From IMG/VR virus record IMGVR_UViG_3300008116_000002: a stretch of DNA of 64,000 bases. The stretch is one strand, 5' to 3'. The notes beneath the pieces were generated by a model, which saw only the letters and a program-made list of their open reading frames with translations, had not been told where the DNA came from and did no database searches. The translations under genes and the position numbers were made by a program. Of this stretch, positions 7,979-16,768 are shown piece after piece. Source of the DNA: a virus (lineage: Duplodnaviria > Caudoviricetes). The number at the start of each line of letters is the position of its first letter. Positions within the stretch are counted from its first letter, which is position 1.

Positions 7979-8905
7979 ATGGCATTTCAGTCATTATCTG
8001 ATTTAAGAAAATCTCGTGGCGGTTTCGACAAACTAATGAAGGAAGTCGAAAAGATTGCAAGCCCACAAGGAGAATCAAGAGCTGACGATCGCTTCTGGCA
8101 ACCAGAGGTAGACAAGGCAGGTAACGGTTACGCTGTTATTCGATTCTTAGCCCCACCTAAAGGAGAAGAACTACCCTGGGTTCGTATTTGGAATCATGGT
8201 TTCCAAGGACCTACAGGAAAGTGGTATATTGAAAATTCTCTTACTACACTAAATAAAACAGATCCCGTTTCAGAATATAATACTGAATTGTGGAACTCTG
8301 GGTCTGAAGCGAATAAGGAAATTGCTCGTAAGCAAAAGCGTAAGCTAACTTATATCGCAAATATTATGATTGTCAAGGATCCTGCTCATCCAGAGAACGA
8401 AGGTAAAGTATTTCTTTACAAGTTCGGTAAGAAGATCTGGGATAAGATTAAAGATCTAGCAGATCCACAATTTGAAGACGAGAAGCCAATCAATGTATTT
8501 GACTTCTGGGAAGGGGCAAACTTCAAATTGAAGATTCGTAATGTAGAAGGCTATCGTAATTACGATAAGTCTGAATTTGAATCGCCTAGTGCTTTATCTG
8601 AAGATGATTCTGCAATTGAGGAAATTTGGGGTAAGCAATACTCGTTACTTCAGTTCCTCGATGAAAAGAATTTTAAATCCTATGACGAATTGAAGAAGAA
8701 ATTCGATATGGTTATGGGACTTGCAGGTGGCACTATTTCTACTAAGAAAGCTGAAGATACTTACTTAGATGAGGAATTCGAATCTGCTCCAAAGGTACAA
8801 GCAACTGCTGCGCCTAAGCAGGTTGAAAAGGCACCTAAGAAGGAAGTAGACTTTGACGACGATGATGAGTCTTTGTCCTACTTCGCTAAATTAGCTGAAG
8901 ATTAA
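7979..8905 (+). CDS. gp32: Single-stranded DNA-binding protein gp32
   Basis: DDRFWQPEVDKAGNGYAVIRFL, WYIENSLTT, GANFKLKIR and acidic tail ending SYFAKLAED. Confidence 0.96.
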   Translation: MAFQSLSDLRKSRGGFDKLMKEVEKIASPQGESRADDRFWQPEVDKAGNGYAVIRFLAPPKGEELPWVRIWNHGFQGPTGKWYIENSLTTLNKTDPVSEYNTELWNSGSEANKEIARKQKRKLTYIANIMIVKDPAHPENEGKVFLYKFGKKIWDKIKDLADPQFEDEKPINVFDFWEGANFKLKIRNVEGYRNYDKSEFESPSALSEDDSAIEEIWGKQYSLLQFLDEKNFKSYDELKKKFDMVMGLAGGTISTKKAEDTYLDEEFESAPKVQATAAPKQVEKAPKKEVDFDDDDESLSYFAKLAED

Positions 8906-8932
8906 AAAAAAGCCCGCTTCGGCGGGCTTTTT
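8904..8932. terminator. Bidirectional intrinsic terminator with UUCG loop
   Basis: A8-GCCCGC-TTCG-GCGGGC-T5 between convergent genes. Confidence 0.92.
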
Positions 8933-8941
8933 ATTTCATTC

Positions 8942-8960
8942 TAATTTAGTAATTCCGTCT
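8942..8960 (+). repeat. 19-bp direct repeat of tape-measure coding sequence (partner 10208..10226)
   Basis: TAATTTAGTAATTCCGTCT occurs at both positions. Confidence 0.9.
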
Positions 8961-9044
8961 TAAAGTTATTTTCTTCAGCCTCATTCTGTATTTTATCTTT
9001 TAGAGACTGATTAATTAATTTAGATATGGATTCAATATCTATAT
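8961..9044 (-). repeat. 84-bp perfect inverted copy of gp33 coding sequence
   Basis: Reverse complement identical to 6812..6895; overlaps the last codons and stop of the 605-aa ORF. Confidence 0.95.
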
Positions 9045-10849
9045 ATCGAACCATATCTTCGCACAAAATCTTTAAAATTCTCATTTGTATTTTCAGATGT
9101 CGACGAATTTGGAGTTACTGTTGTTGAATTTTTTCCAGAATCGCCTTGGCCTAAAATGTTATTGGTAACATTGTTAACTGTGCCACTAAATTTTTCTTTT
9201 GTATAATCAATAAGTTCTTCACTTAGCTTAGTTGTATCTTCTATAGTCTTTGCTAGGGCTGTACCTAGTCCGGGAGCAAGATTAATTTTCTGATCTTGTA
9301 TTGTTATTTCGCCTAATTGATCTAAAAACGGCACTATCTTTTTCTCGATATCTTCCTTAGAAAGAAAATCTAGATTGTCTGAAAATTTTTCTAATGCTTC
9401 ATTTGCTTCTTTTAGTAATTTATTGAATGCGCCTTGATTCTGCAATTCATCATATTCTTGTCGCAGTTTTGCTTCTTCATTTTTCTGTGCTATAATATCT
9501 TTTTCTCTTTGTTCGGCTTCATCTAGTTTCGCCATTTGTCCTTCGGTGAGTTTCTGCCCATTTATCATTCCACCTTGAGATTTAACCCATCTTGCATATT
9601 GCCCTTCGGTCCATTTCGTTCCGTCACCCAACGGGCTATCTAGATAACGTATATCTCCCATTGTACCTCTAACATCATAGGTTTCACCTGGAGCTAAATC
9701 TCTACTAGCATTAAAAGGCCCAGGCATATTTCCGAATAATGATCTATTAGAAGGCGAATACGGACTTCCGAATAATCTACTAGTATTTCTCGCGCCTTTA
9801 TTTGGCAAACCCCCTTTAACAATATCCTCAATAGTTGCATCTGGATCATCAGGTAATAACATAGTAAGTCCTAATGCAGCTAATGCCCCCGCAAGCCCTC
9901 TTCCTGCACCACCTGGAGAAAATCTACTAGGTCTTCCTGTTCTAACATTCTCGGCATCTACAACTCGAGGACCATACTTTCCTTCATTCCAGGGGAAACG
10001 CGATTTGTAATTTGGGTCGAAGGGTGCGCCTCTGCCCGGACCTTCCAATAGAAGGCGGTTACCTCCTGGTCTTGTTGTGGGGCGGGTGCCTCCTCCGCTC
10101 GGGTTCTTTCCATCAGGAGGTAGGACAACAGGAGGCTGGCCCCCAGGTTTCTGTCCACCAGGGAAATTGGCCCCAGGCATTCCAGGAATCGTAGGAAATA
10201 ATCTAGATAATTTAGTAATTCCGTCTACTAATTTATCGAACCCATTAAGTAAACCTTTAAAACCGGACATTAAAGTACTTGATAATAAAGAGATCGCACC
10301 AACTATTCCTGCAAGAAGAATTTTACCTAAGCCAGATAACATTCCTCCAGATGCGCCGCCGCCCATATCTAAACCCGACATTCTTCTAGCAATAGCTTCG
10401 GCAAGCTTTTCTCTCTCAATTGCACGTTTAGAATCTGTACTTTGCCTAGCTATAAAATCTATATTTCTAGCTTGTCTTTCGGTTATATCCCTAAGTGCGC
10501 TCATTTCCTCCATCATTTTTTGTTGATATTTAGATGGGCCGAATACCTTACTAAATAAATTTGTAAAGAACCCTTTATCGGGTTGCGCTTTACCTCCAAA
10601 GGATGAGCCGAAAGATCCCTTGCCCTTTCCTGCTAGATAACTTTTTATTTCTGAAATACCGCTACCAAGTTTAAAAACTTCCCTTTGTATATCTTTATTT
10701 TCTTTATTAGATGAAGATCTCCTATTCTTAAAGATTTCATCAGATATAGTATGCAATATCTTCGATTGTTCTCGAAGACTATCATTTTGTGCCTTTAGGC
10801 TATCTATGATAACTCTATCGGTTGGGTTCAACTTATCGAAAGGTAACAT
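9032..10849 (-). CDS. Putative tail tape-measure / baseplate hub protein (gp29 analogue)
   Basis: 605 aa, N-terminal coiled coil, Gly-rich hydrophobic segments (GGMLSGLGKILLAGIVGAISLL, GLAGALAALGLTMLL); directly downstream of gp26/gp51; size similar to T4 gp29. Assignment is positional. Confidence 0.55.
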   Translation of the reverse strand: MLPFDKLNPTDRVIIDSLKAQNDSLREQSKILHTISDEIFKNRRSSSNKENKDIQREVFKLGSGISEIKSYLAGKGKGSFGSSFGGKAQPDKGFFTNLFSKVFGPSKYQQKMMEEMSALRDITERQARNIDFIARQSTDSKRAIEREKLAEAIARRMSGLDMGGGASGGMLSGLGKILLAGIVGAISLLSSTLMSGFKGLLNGFDKLVDGITKLSRLFPTIPGMPGANFPGGQKPGGQPPVVLPPDGKNPSGGGTRPTTRPGGNRLLLEGPGRGAPFDPNYKSRFPWNEGKYGPRVVDAENVRTGRPSRFSPGGAGRGLAGALAALGLTMLLPDDPDATIEDIVKGGLPNKGARNTSRLFGSPYSPSNRSLFGNMPGPFNASRDLAPGETYDVRGTMGDIRYLDSPLGDGTKWTEGQYARWVKSQGGMINGQKLTEGQMAKLDEAEQREKDIIAQKNEEAKLRQEYDELQNQGAFNKLLKEANEALEKFSDNLDFLSKEDIEKKIVPFLDQLGEITIQDQKINLAPGLGTALAKTIEDTTKLSEELIDYTKEKFSGTVNNVTNNILGQGDSGKNSTTVTPNSSTSENTNENFKDFVRRYGSIYRY

Positions 10850-10852
10850 GTA

Positions 10853-11050
10853 TTATCCCTTAAATGCTTTTTGTTTCAATTTTTCGTTTTGTTCGCTAAT
10901 GTGTTCTATAAGCATAGTGACGTAAATATCTCTTTCCCATGGTAACATATTTTCTATTTCAGTTAACGAATAATTATGACTATTCATTAATGAAAAATTT
11001 AACTTATAATAGTTAAGAAGACCCTCATGAGAAAGAGTTAAACGAAAAAA
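10853..11050 (-). CDS. gp51: gp51-like baseplate hub assembly frame (probably reached by -1 frameshift from gp26; not in ORF track)
   Basis: Translates FFRLTLSHEGLLNYYKLNFSLMNSHNYSLTEIENMLPWERDIYVTMLIEHISEQNEKLKQKAFKG*; YSLTEIENMLPWERDIY is the short gp51 signature of marine/freshwater T4-like phages; first ATG (10987) has no RBS. Confidence 0.8.
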   Translation of the reverse strand, partial: FFRLTLSHEGLLNYYKLNFSLMNSHNYSLTEIENMLPWERDIYVTMLIEHISEQNEKLKQKAFKG

Positions 11051-11730
11051 TTTTGTAGACCTTCTAATTTAACTTCATTCTTAGTTCCACACTTACTACA
11101 ATTTTGCTCAACAGTTTGAGTAATTTTTGGCATGGTAACAAAGAATTTTTCTAACTTTTCAAACTGACTTCTTGAAAAAGAATTAACAAATTCTATTAAC
11201 TCTTCTTTTGTATAATCTGTGTATTGTTGCTCATCTGTAAATACCACTTTGATACAGGATGACAGCATCTCTACAATGTTTTCCGAATTAAAATTTTCAT
11301 ATATTGATGCGATTTCATCAAAAACAGGATATCTCATCTCCAATCCAATAGTATCAGTAATTAAAATTTTGGTAGTATGCTCAGAATTTTTTTTAACTTC
11401 TGCCCGAGTAATATCTAATTCAAATTCAATCTTATTTTCACAATTATTACAAGTTAAAGTTAAGGAAGTTTTTTCTCCTATTGATTTCGCTCTAATATTA
11501 ATGAACAAATATTCAATATCAAAATTAGGAAGTTCTTTAACTTTTAGTTTATTAAATGTACAAACATCTACTAAATCTGTAACTATTTTATAAATTTCTT
11601 CAGAATCCGACTCTAATGCGGTTAAGAGAATTTTATATTCTTTAACTAAGAATGGTCTATATTTTACTTTTTCTTCGGTAGAAGGTAAAATCAATTCATA
11701 GGTTGGTGTTTCTAATTTAGGTAAAGCCAT
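11038..11730 (-). CDS. gp26: Baseplate hub subunit gp26
   Basis: MALPKLETPTYELILPS...YRPFLVKEYKILL, FDIEYLFINIRAKSIGE, two CxxC pairs, EGLQNFF end. Confidence 0.9.
   Translation of the reverse strand: MALPKLETPTYELILPSTEEKVKYRPFLVKEYKILLTALESDSEEIYKIVTDLVDVCTFNKLKVKELPNFDIEYLFINIRAKSIGEKTSLTLTCNNCENKIEFELDITRAEVKKNSEHTTKILITDTIGLEMRYPVFDEIASIYENFNSENIVEMLSSCIKVVFTDEQQYTDYTKEELIEFVNSFSRSQFEKLEKFFVTMPKITQTVEQNCSKCGTKNEVKLEGLQNFFV
11044..11053 (-). promoter_or_regulatory. Candidate programmed -1 ribosomal frameshift site
   Basis: gp26 frame CAA AAT TTT TTC GTT TAA contains overlapping X-XXY-YYZ heptamers A-AAT-TTT and T-TTT-TTC; the -1 frame is the gp51-like frame. Confidence 0.65.
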
Positions 11731-11744
11731 GTTATGTCCTCAAT

Positions 11745-12578
11745 TTATGGTATCGTTTCAATGTCTGGAGATAGTATAGGCCCATCTCCTAAACCGCTTT
11801 CTACTCTGTTTGGTTGCTCTCGACGTATTCTAATACTACGGTCGTCTTCAGTTTCTCCCTCAAGATATTCTGTATCTCGTCTTACTGTGTTTGCTATAAT
11901 ACCTCTTTCAGTGTTTATACTTGGCAATGATCCCCTTTCATCAGTATTTTCTAAGATACTCTTTAGTAAAGGATTATTGGTATTTACAACTTGTTGCTCC
12001 CATACTTCAGGATACCTAACCGCATTAGGAATCTTATGATAAGGAAACCATCTTCTATACGAAAAGGTAACATTTAGTTTGTGTACTTGATTTTGTGTAC
12101 TATTGTTAAGATCAAGTAAAGCCACGCTTCTAGGAAAAGCATCTTCCAATGTTATCGCATATGTGATATTATCTTTTTCGTCTAACTGAAATATAGTAAT
12201 AGGTACGGTATAATTATCTGCATAATGCACAAAATATTGAAACGGGTCTACGATTATATTAGTCCAAGCATCAAAAAATCCTTTTACATCCATATCCGTA
12301 TCAAGCAAAAATGTCATAGTTATACCTTCTCCTCCATACTCAGAATTAAAAGGTCTTTGATATGCTGGTCCGTATACTCTTTGCTGTTTAACACCTATTG
12401 TTTTAGATGGCAAATTTGCGGATTCGCAAAATAGGCTTATCAATCTGTTAGTCCAAATAGTCTGCGTAAGATCTGCCAAACCTTTTGGCGTTGGAAAGGA
12501 TATTTCAAATCTATTAGGTTTAGCTAATCCTCTAATTCTTACTTCAGTTTGAAAATCGCTTATAGAAAAATTTGCCAT
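11745..12578 (-). CDS. gp54: Baseplate tail-tube initiator, gp54-like (gp19 paralogue)
   Basis: GLAKPNRFEISF, FCESANLPSK, ITMTFLLD, AFPRSV...KLNVTFSYRRW. Confidence 0.7.
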   Translation of the reverse strand: MANFSISDFQTEVRIRGLAKPNRFEISFPTPKGLADLTQTIWTNRLISLFCESANLPSKTIGVKQQRVYGPAYQRPFNSEYGGEGITMTFLLDTDMDVKGFFDAWTNIIVDPFQYFVHYADNYTVPITIFQLDEKDNITYAITLEDAFPRSVALLDLNNSTQNQVHKLNVTFSYRRWFPYHKIPNAVRYPEVWEQQVVNTNNPLLKSILENTDERGSLPSINTERGIIANTVRRDTEYLEGETEDDRSIRIRREQPNRVESGLGDGPILSPDIETIP

Positions 12579-12581
12579 TTG

Positions 12582-13151
12582 TTATTTGTACTTTCTTTTA
12601 GTGTTTTTCCAAACCTTGCCCATACTTTGTTGTTTAAATCCTTCAACCGGTAGCATGCTGGCGGTTTCCCAATCGGCAAAATTTACTTTCAGGAATCTAC
12701 TTCGCAATTGCGTATTAAGATATCGTTTTACGCAAGCAGTCGCAGCTAAAAATCTTGAAGAACTATTTAGTATTTGCCAGGATATTTTAATTTTAGTATT
12801 TTCGTCGACTCTGCTATCTGTGGCTAATTTTTTTAAATCTCCCAACAACTTAAATCTTGCGCCGTATGGAAGATAGTGCAGATTAATTCCTATAAATCCG
12901 TCAGCAGTTTTGGAGAAAGGAAGAACTAATGGGACGGTATCATAATAGGGTAATACGTTTTTATATTTTGGATCATATAAAAACATATACATATATCCAG
13001 GAGTAACCACATTTGATAATCTTTGTCCGCGTATCAGTTGTTGCCCCGTTAGTCCTGAGGATAAATTTATGACAGTGTTTTTATACCAGCGAAAAGCTTT
13101 ATCCTGGTCACCCTTCTGCATTCTAATCTGAGTAAAGATATTTTCAGCCAT
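12582..13151 (-). CDS. gp2: DNA end protector protein gp2
   Basis: MFLYDPKYK-x-LPYYD-x-PLVLPF...FIGINLHYLP, CVKRYL. Confidence 0.9.
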   Translation of the reverse strand: MAENIFTQIRMQKGDQDKAFRWYKNTVINLSSGLTGQQLIRGQRLSNVVTPGYMYMFLYDPKYKNVLPYYDTVPLVLPFSKTADGFIGINLHYLPYGARFKLLGDLKKLATDSRVDENTKIKISWQILNSSSRFLAATACVKRYLNTQLRSRFLKVNFADWETASMLPVEGFKQQSMGKVWKNTKRKYK

Positions 13152-13599
13152 TTGCGATTCCTAAATCTTTTTCGGTTAAAATCATAAATTTCATATTACG
13201 GTCCTCACAAAATTCAAAGGCTGCTTTCCACTTAGCTTCATTTACCCCATATTGAAAAACTTCATCTATAAATTTTTTGGTTTTTCTGGCAGGGATCTGC
13301 GGGGGTTTCGTAAATCTTTCAGGCTTAATTTCTATTAAATATTTCTCCGCAATTCCCCGTTTGTTTTTAATCTTAATATAAAAGTCTACGAAATACCTAT
13401 GTACTTTTTTATCAATGGGGGAAACGTAGGGAACAATGACGATCTCAGAACCCCATTCCTGAACGGATGAATTCAAATCGCACCATTTCATAAACCTAAG
13501 TTCCCATAGAGAGCGATAAACAATATTAGTCACATCTCCCTTGTATTTCGAAGGATTTTTCGGTCTAAACTTCCCTTTGTAAGTTTTGGTGTACAACAT
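13144..13599 (-). CDS. gp4: Head completion nuclease gp4
   Basis: YKGKFRPKNPSKYKGD...YRSLWE...WGSE...HRYFVDF...EIKP. Confidence 0.93.
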   Translation of the reverse strand: MLYTKTYKGKFRPKNPSKYKGDVTNIVYRSLWELRFMKWCDLNSSVQEWGSEIVIVPYVSPIDKKVHRYFVDFYIKIKNKRGIAEKYLIEIKPERFTKPPQIPARKTKKFIDEVFQYGVNEAKWKAAFEFCEDRNMKFMILTEKDLGIANG

Positions 13600-13603
13600 T
13601 TCC

Positions 13604-13635
13604 TATAAATAATATTAGATTCAACAATATTTATT
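13604..13635. promoter_or_regulatory. Divergent T4-type late promoters
   Basis: TATAAATA on + (13604-13611) toward gp48; AATAAATA on - (13628-13635) toward gp4. Confidence 0.7.
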
Positions 13636-13642
13636 AAAGAAA

Positions 13643-14812
13643 ATGGCAAAAGGTATCTACGATCCCGAAAAAGATTCCGTTGACAGTATACGAAAGAAAT
13701 ACGAAGCGGAATATAAAAATCAGTTCAAGGGTGCGTACAATATAGGAACCCATGAATACCCTGAGGGGCTTCGGGTAAAACCGGATCTTCAGCACTACGT
13801 GGCGTTCTATATTAACGTCAGAGAAAAGAGCTCGACGTCGATTATTCAATCCAGAAGAAATCCTTTTGAGGATTATGTTGTAGATGAAAAAACTCAAAAA
13901 GAAATTGACGCTATTGCCGCACAATCGAGGACCGGTAGAATAACTCAAGCGGATGCGGAGTCCGCAGTAGCAACCGCAAAAAACTATGCAGGTAGGATAG
14001 TTGCGGGTGCGACCTTAATAGGGGCGGGATTAAGCTCCGGTATACGAGGCGCAGGAAAAGCACTGATCCCAGCAACTTTAGCGGGGGGTGTCACGTCAGT
14101 AGTCACAAATATGATAGATAATGCAAATTTTCAGGCATTCAAATCTGGTAGAACTTCTAGATTAAAGGATGTCATAACATTAAACATAGAAGAAAGGCCT
14201 TCGGTAAGATATGGCGTTAATTATACCAACTCTGATGTGGCTGGCTTACTTGGACTGGGTGGAATCTTTATTCAAGGTTCCGCGGCTCTAACAGCTAAAA
14301 ATTTAAAAAATGCCGAACCTGAATTACAAGCTAGATTTCTAAGTGAGTTAGCTAGAATTCCTTCTCTTGGTCAGGGCGGAGGCATTATTAATGATCTAAG
14401 AGAATTATCATCAAGAACAAAAACCAATCCATTTCGGGAAACTTTGTTTGAATCGGTTAATTATAGAAGTTTTACTTTTAGATATAGATTTTTTCCAAAA
14501 AGTGTTTCCGAAAGTCGAAGAATAAAAGATATAATACAATTATTTAAGATACACATGCATCCTGAATTAACTGCACAAAAATTGTTCTATGTTTATCCTT
14601 CAGAATTTGATATACAATATTTCTACAAAGATAAAGAAAATGATTACCTACATAAATTTACTCGATGCGCACTAACAGATATGGCAGTCGATTACGGTGG
14701 CGAACAGTTTTCTACGTTTCAAGATGGTGCCCCAGTTGAAGTAGGATTATCGTTGACGTTTACAGAATTAGAAAGTTTAACTTCCGGAGCTATTGATTCC
14801 TATGGCTATTGA
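13643..14812 (+). CDS. gp48: Baseplate tail-tube cap gp48
   Basis: NPFRETLFESVNYRSFTFRYRFFPKS, YPSEFDIQY, CALTDMAVDY, LTFTELE. Confidence 0.88.
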   Translation: MAKGIYDPEKDSVDSIRKKYEAEYKNQFKGAYNIGTHEYPEGLRVKPDLQHYVAFYINVREKSSTSIIQSRRNPFEDYVVDEKTQKEIDAIAAQSRTGRITQADAESAVATAKNYAGRIVAGATLIGAGLSSGIRGAGKALIPATLAGGVTSVVTNMIDNANFQAFKSGRTSRLKDVITLNIEERPSVRYGVNYTNSDVAGLLGLGGIFIQGSAALTAKNLKNAEPELQARFLSELARIPSLGQGGGIINDLRELSSRTKTNPFRETLFESVNYRSFTFRYRFFPKSVSESRRIKDIIQLFKIHMHPELTAQKLFYVYPSEFDIQYFYKDKENDYLHKFTRCALTDMAVDYGGEQFSTFQDGAPVEVGLSLTFTELESLTSGAIDSYGY

Positions 14813-15410
14813 TTTCTTTTCAGATTTTCCGAAAATATCATATACTATAGATGACTATGAAACTAGACAAGTTGTCGTGGACATATTTAAGCGAGTTATC
14901 TTATCTAAAGAATATTTAGACAATTCCTTATATTTTGAAGAATATGATGTTTTGCATGGAGAAACGCCCGAGGAAGTTTCCTATAGATTTTATGGCACAA
15001 CGAATTTAAACTGGGTAATTTTAATGTTTAATAATATTATGGATCCTCGTTTTGAATGGCCTGTTTCAGAAGAAACCTTATATAAAATTACAGAGAAAAA
15101 GTACGGAGCAGCTCAAAACGTATTTGCTATTAATCGAGCAAAAAATAATAAAGGTTATATCGTTGAGACGTTCTTTATTCTTACAGAAGATTCTACACAC
15201 GAAGAACCTATAAGATTACTTGTAGAAAATCCAACAGATGAGGGTATCAATACTCCAATCGCATATCAGGATTCTACAGAAATTGCAGACTATGAAAGTA
15301 ATTTTGAAGTTGAAACTGAAAAAAATGAAAAGAATAGAAGTATTAAAATACTAAAACCTGCAGTAGTACAAGAAGTTATTTCTAACTATAAAAAATTAAT
15401 TACTATTTAA
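14802..15410 (+). CDS. gp53: Baseplate wedge subunit gp53
   Basis: FFSDFPKISY, GETPEEVSYRFYG...WVILMFNNIMDPRFEWP, NEKNRSIKILKP. Confidence 0.9.
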   Translation: MAIDFFSDFPKISYTIDDYETRQVVVDIFKRVILSKEYLDNSLYFEEYDVLHGETPEEVSYRFYGTTNLNWVILMFNNIMDPRFEWPVSEETLYKITEKKYGAAQNVFAINRAKNNKGYIVETFFILTEDSTHEEPIRLLVENPTDEGINTPIAYQDSTEIADYESNFEVETEKNEKNRSIKILKPAVVQEVISNYKKLITI

Positions 15411-16768
15411 TGGCCGCTCCACTAGAAGAAATCTTAGATGTACCCGGGCAGGTTCAAATTGATAACCTTGTTCTAATATCTTTTAGAAAGAATACCTACC
15501 TAAATATTACAGATTATCTTATAGAATTAAATCTTTTTGAAAGTATTTTTAATCCATTTGTAACTGGAGAAATACTTTTAACAGATAGTAGAAATTTAAT
15601 TCGAGCATTCGGGCTTGTTGGTGGAGAGTACTTATCAGTTACGTTAAGAACTCCTACATTTTCTTCGGATAAAGGTATTTCAAAAATTTTTAAAATATCT
15701 TCATTAGAAGATAAAACATATATTAAAGACGGAGGTACTTTAATATACAAATTGACTTTTACTTCTATAGAAATGTTTCAGGATTTATTGAATCCAATTT
15801 ATAGAGCATACGAAGGAAAACCTGAAGAAATAATAAAAAACTTATATGAAGAATATTTGATGACAAATCGTAATATTCGCCTTTCCGGAGAACCAGTTGC
15901 GGACATAAAAACTCCGTTAACCTTTTTCGGGGAAACCTCTAATACGTTAAAATTTGTTAGTCCGGGTTGGTCACCCCTACAGTGTATAAATTGGACGTGT
16001 AGTAAAACATTGCCGGCAAACGGAAAAAGCGCAAATTTTTTATTTTGGGAAACAACTAAAGGATTCTATTTTGGAAATTTAGATACCATACTTAATAGAC
16101 CTGAGGTATCTTCGATAGGAAATTATGTATATTCTTCTCCAAAAATAGTAACCACCGATGAGGATGATATTGCGAATTTAAGCTTTATGTTTAATATACG
16201 ATCATTAACCGTGCCGAAAGTTTTTGATCAATTACAAAATTTAATGTATGGTTATATTTCAAATAGGGTAATTGACGTAGATATTATTAATAAGGTATAT
16301 GAAACTATAGATTATGATCATGGCACCAATTTTAATAACTATTCTCATTTAGAAAAAAAAGAAGCGGTTCCTTTTTTCGACGATACTGTTGAAAGTAACC
16401 CGGCTACCTACAGAAAAGTAAATTTTTCTAATCCAGGATTGCACACCGGATTTCTGAAAAATTTTAGTGAGCGAGAAAAAAATATCTGGGGAAATAGAAG
16501 ATCTAACGTGTTGGAACTGAATAATTTTAGAATGGAATTAGTAATTCCAGGAAGAACAGATATTGAGTGCGGGCAAACAATGTATGTTAGATTGCCTAAA
16601 AAAGATCCTGGGGGATTAACTCAAGAAAATAAAACATTATATCAAGATGACGATATGTATTCTGGGTATTATTTAATAACTAGTTTAAATCATAAAATTA
16701 ATCCAAGAACTCATTTTATTACTATGACAGTAACTAAAGATAGTTTATCATATGAGGTACTTAAATAA
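15410..16768 (+). CDS. Baseplate hub protein (gp27-like)
   Basis: Position between gp53 and gp5; FESIF-x-PF-x-TG, FLFWETTKGFYF, IPGRTDIECG, SGYYLITSLNH. Confidence 0.7.
   Translation: MAAPLEEILDVPGQVQIDNLVLISFRKNTYLNITDYLIELNLFESIFNPFVTGEILLTDSRNLIRAFGLVGGEYLSVTLRTPTFSSDKGISKIFKISSLEDKTYIKDGGTLIYKLTFTSIEMFQDLLNPIYRAYEGKPEEIIKNLYEEYLMTNRNIRLSGEPVADIKTPLTFFGETSNTLKFVSPGWSPLQCINWTCSKTLPANGKSANFLFWETTKGFYFGNLDTILNRPEVSSIGNYVYSSPKIVTTDEDDIANLSFMFNIRSLTVPKVFDQLQNLMYGYISNRVIDVDIINKVYETIDYDHGTNFNNYSHLEKKEAVPFFDDTVESNPATYRKVNFSNPGLHTGFLKNFSEREKNIWGNRRSNVLELNNFRMELVIPGRTDIECGQTMYVRLPKKDPGGLTQENKTLYQDDDMYSGYYLITSLNHKINPRTHFITMTVTKDSLSYEVLK

Noticed and set aside
9958-10526. Several alternative-frame ORFs (66, 60, 149 aa) over the tape-measure gene
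   Set aside because: Shadows of the GC-rich Gly/Pro segment; no motifs or RBS.
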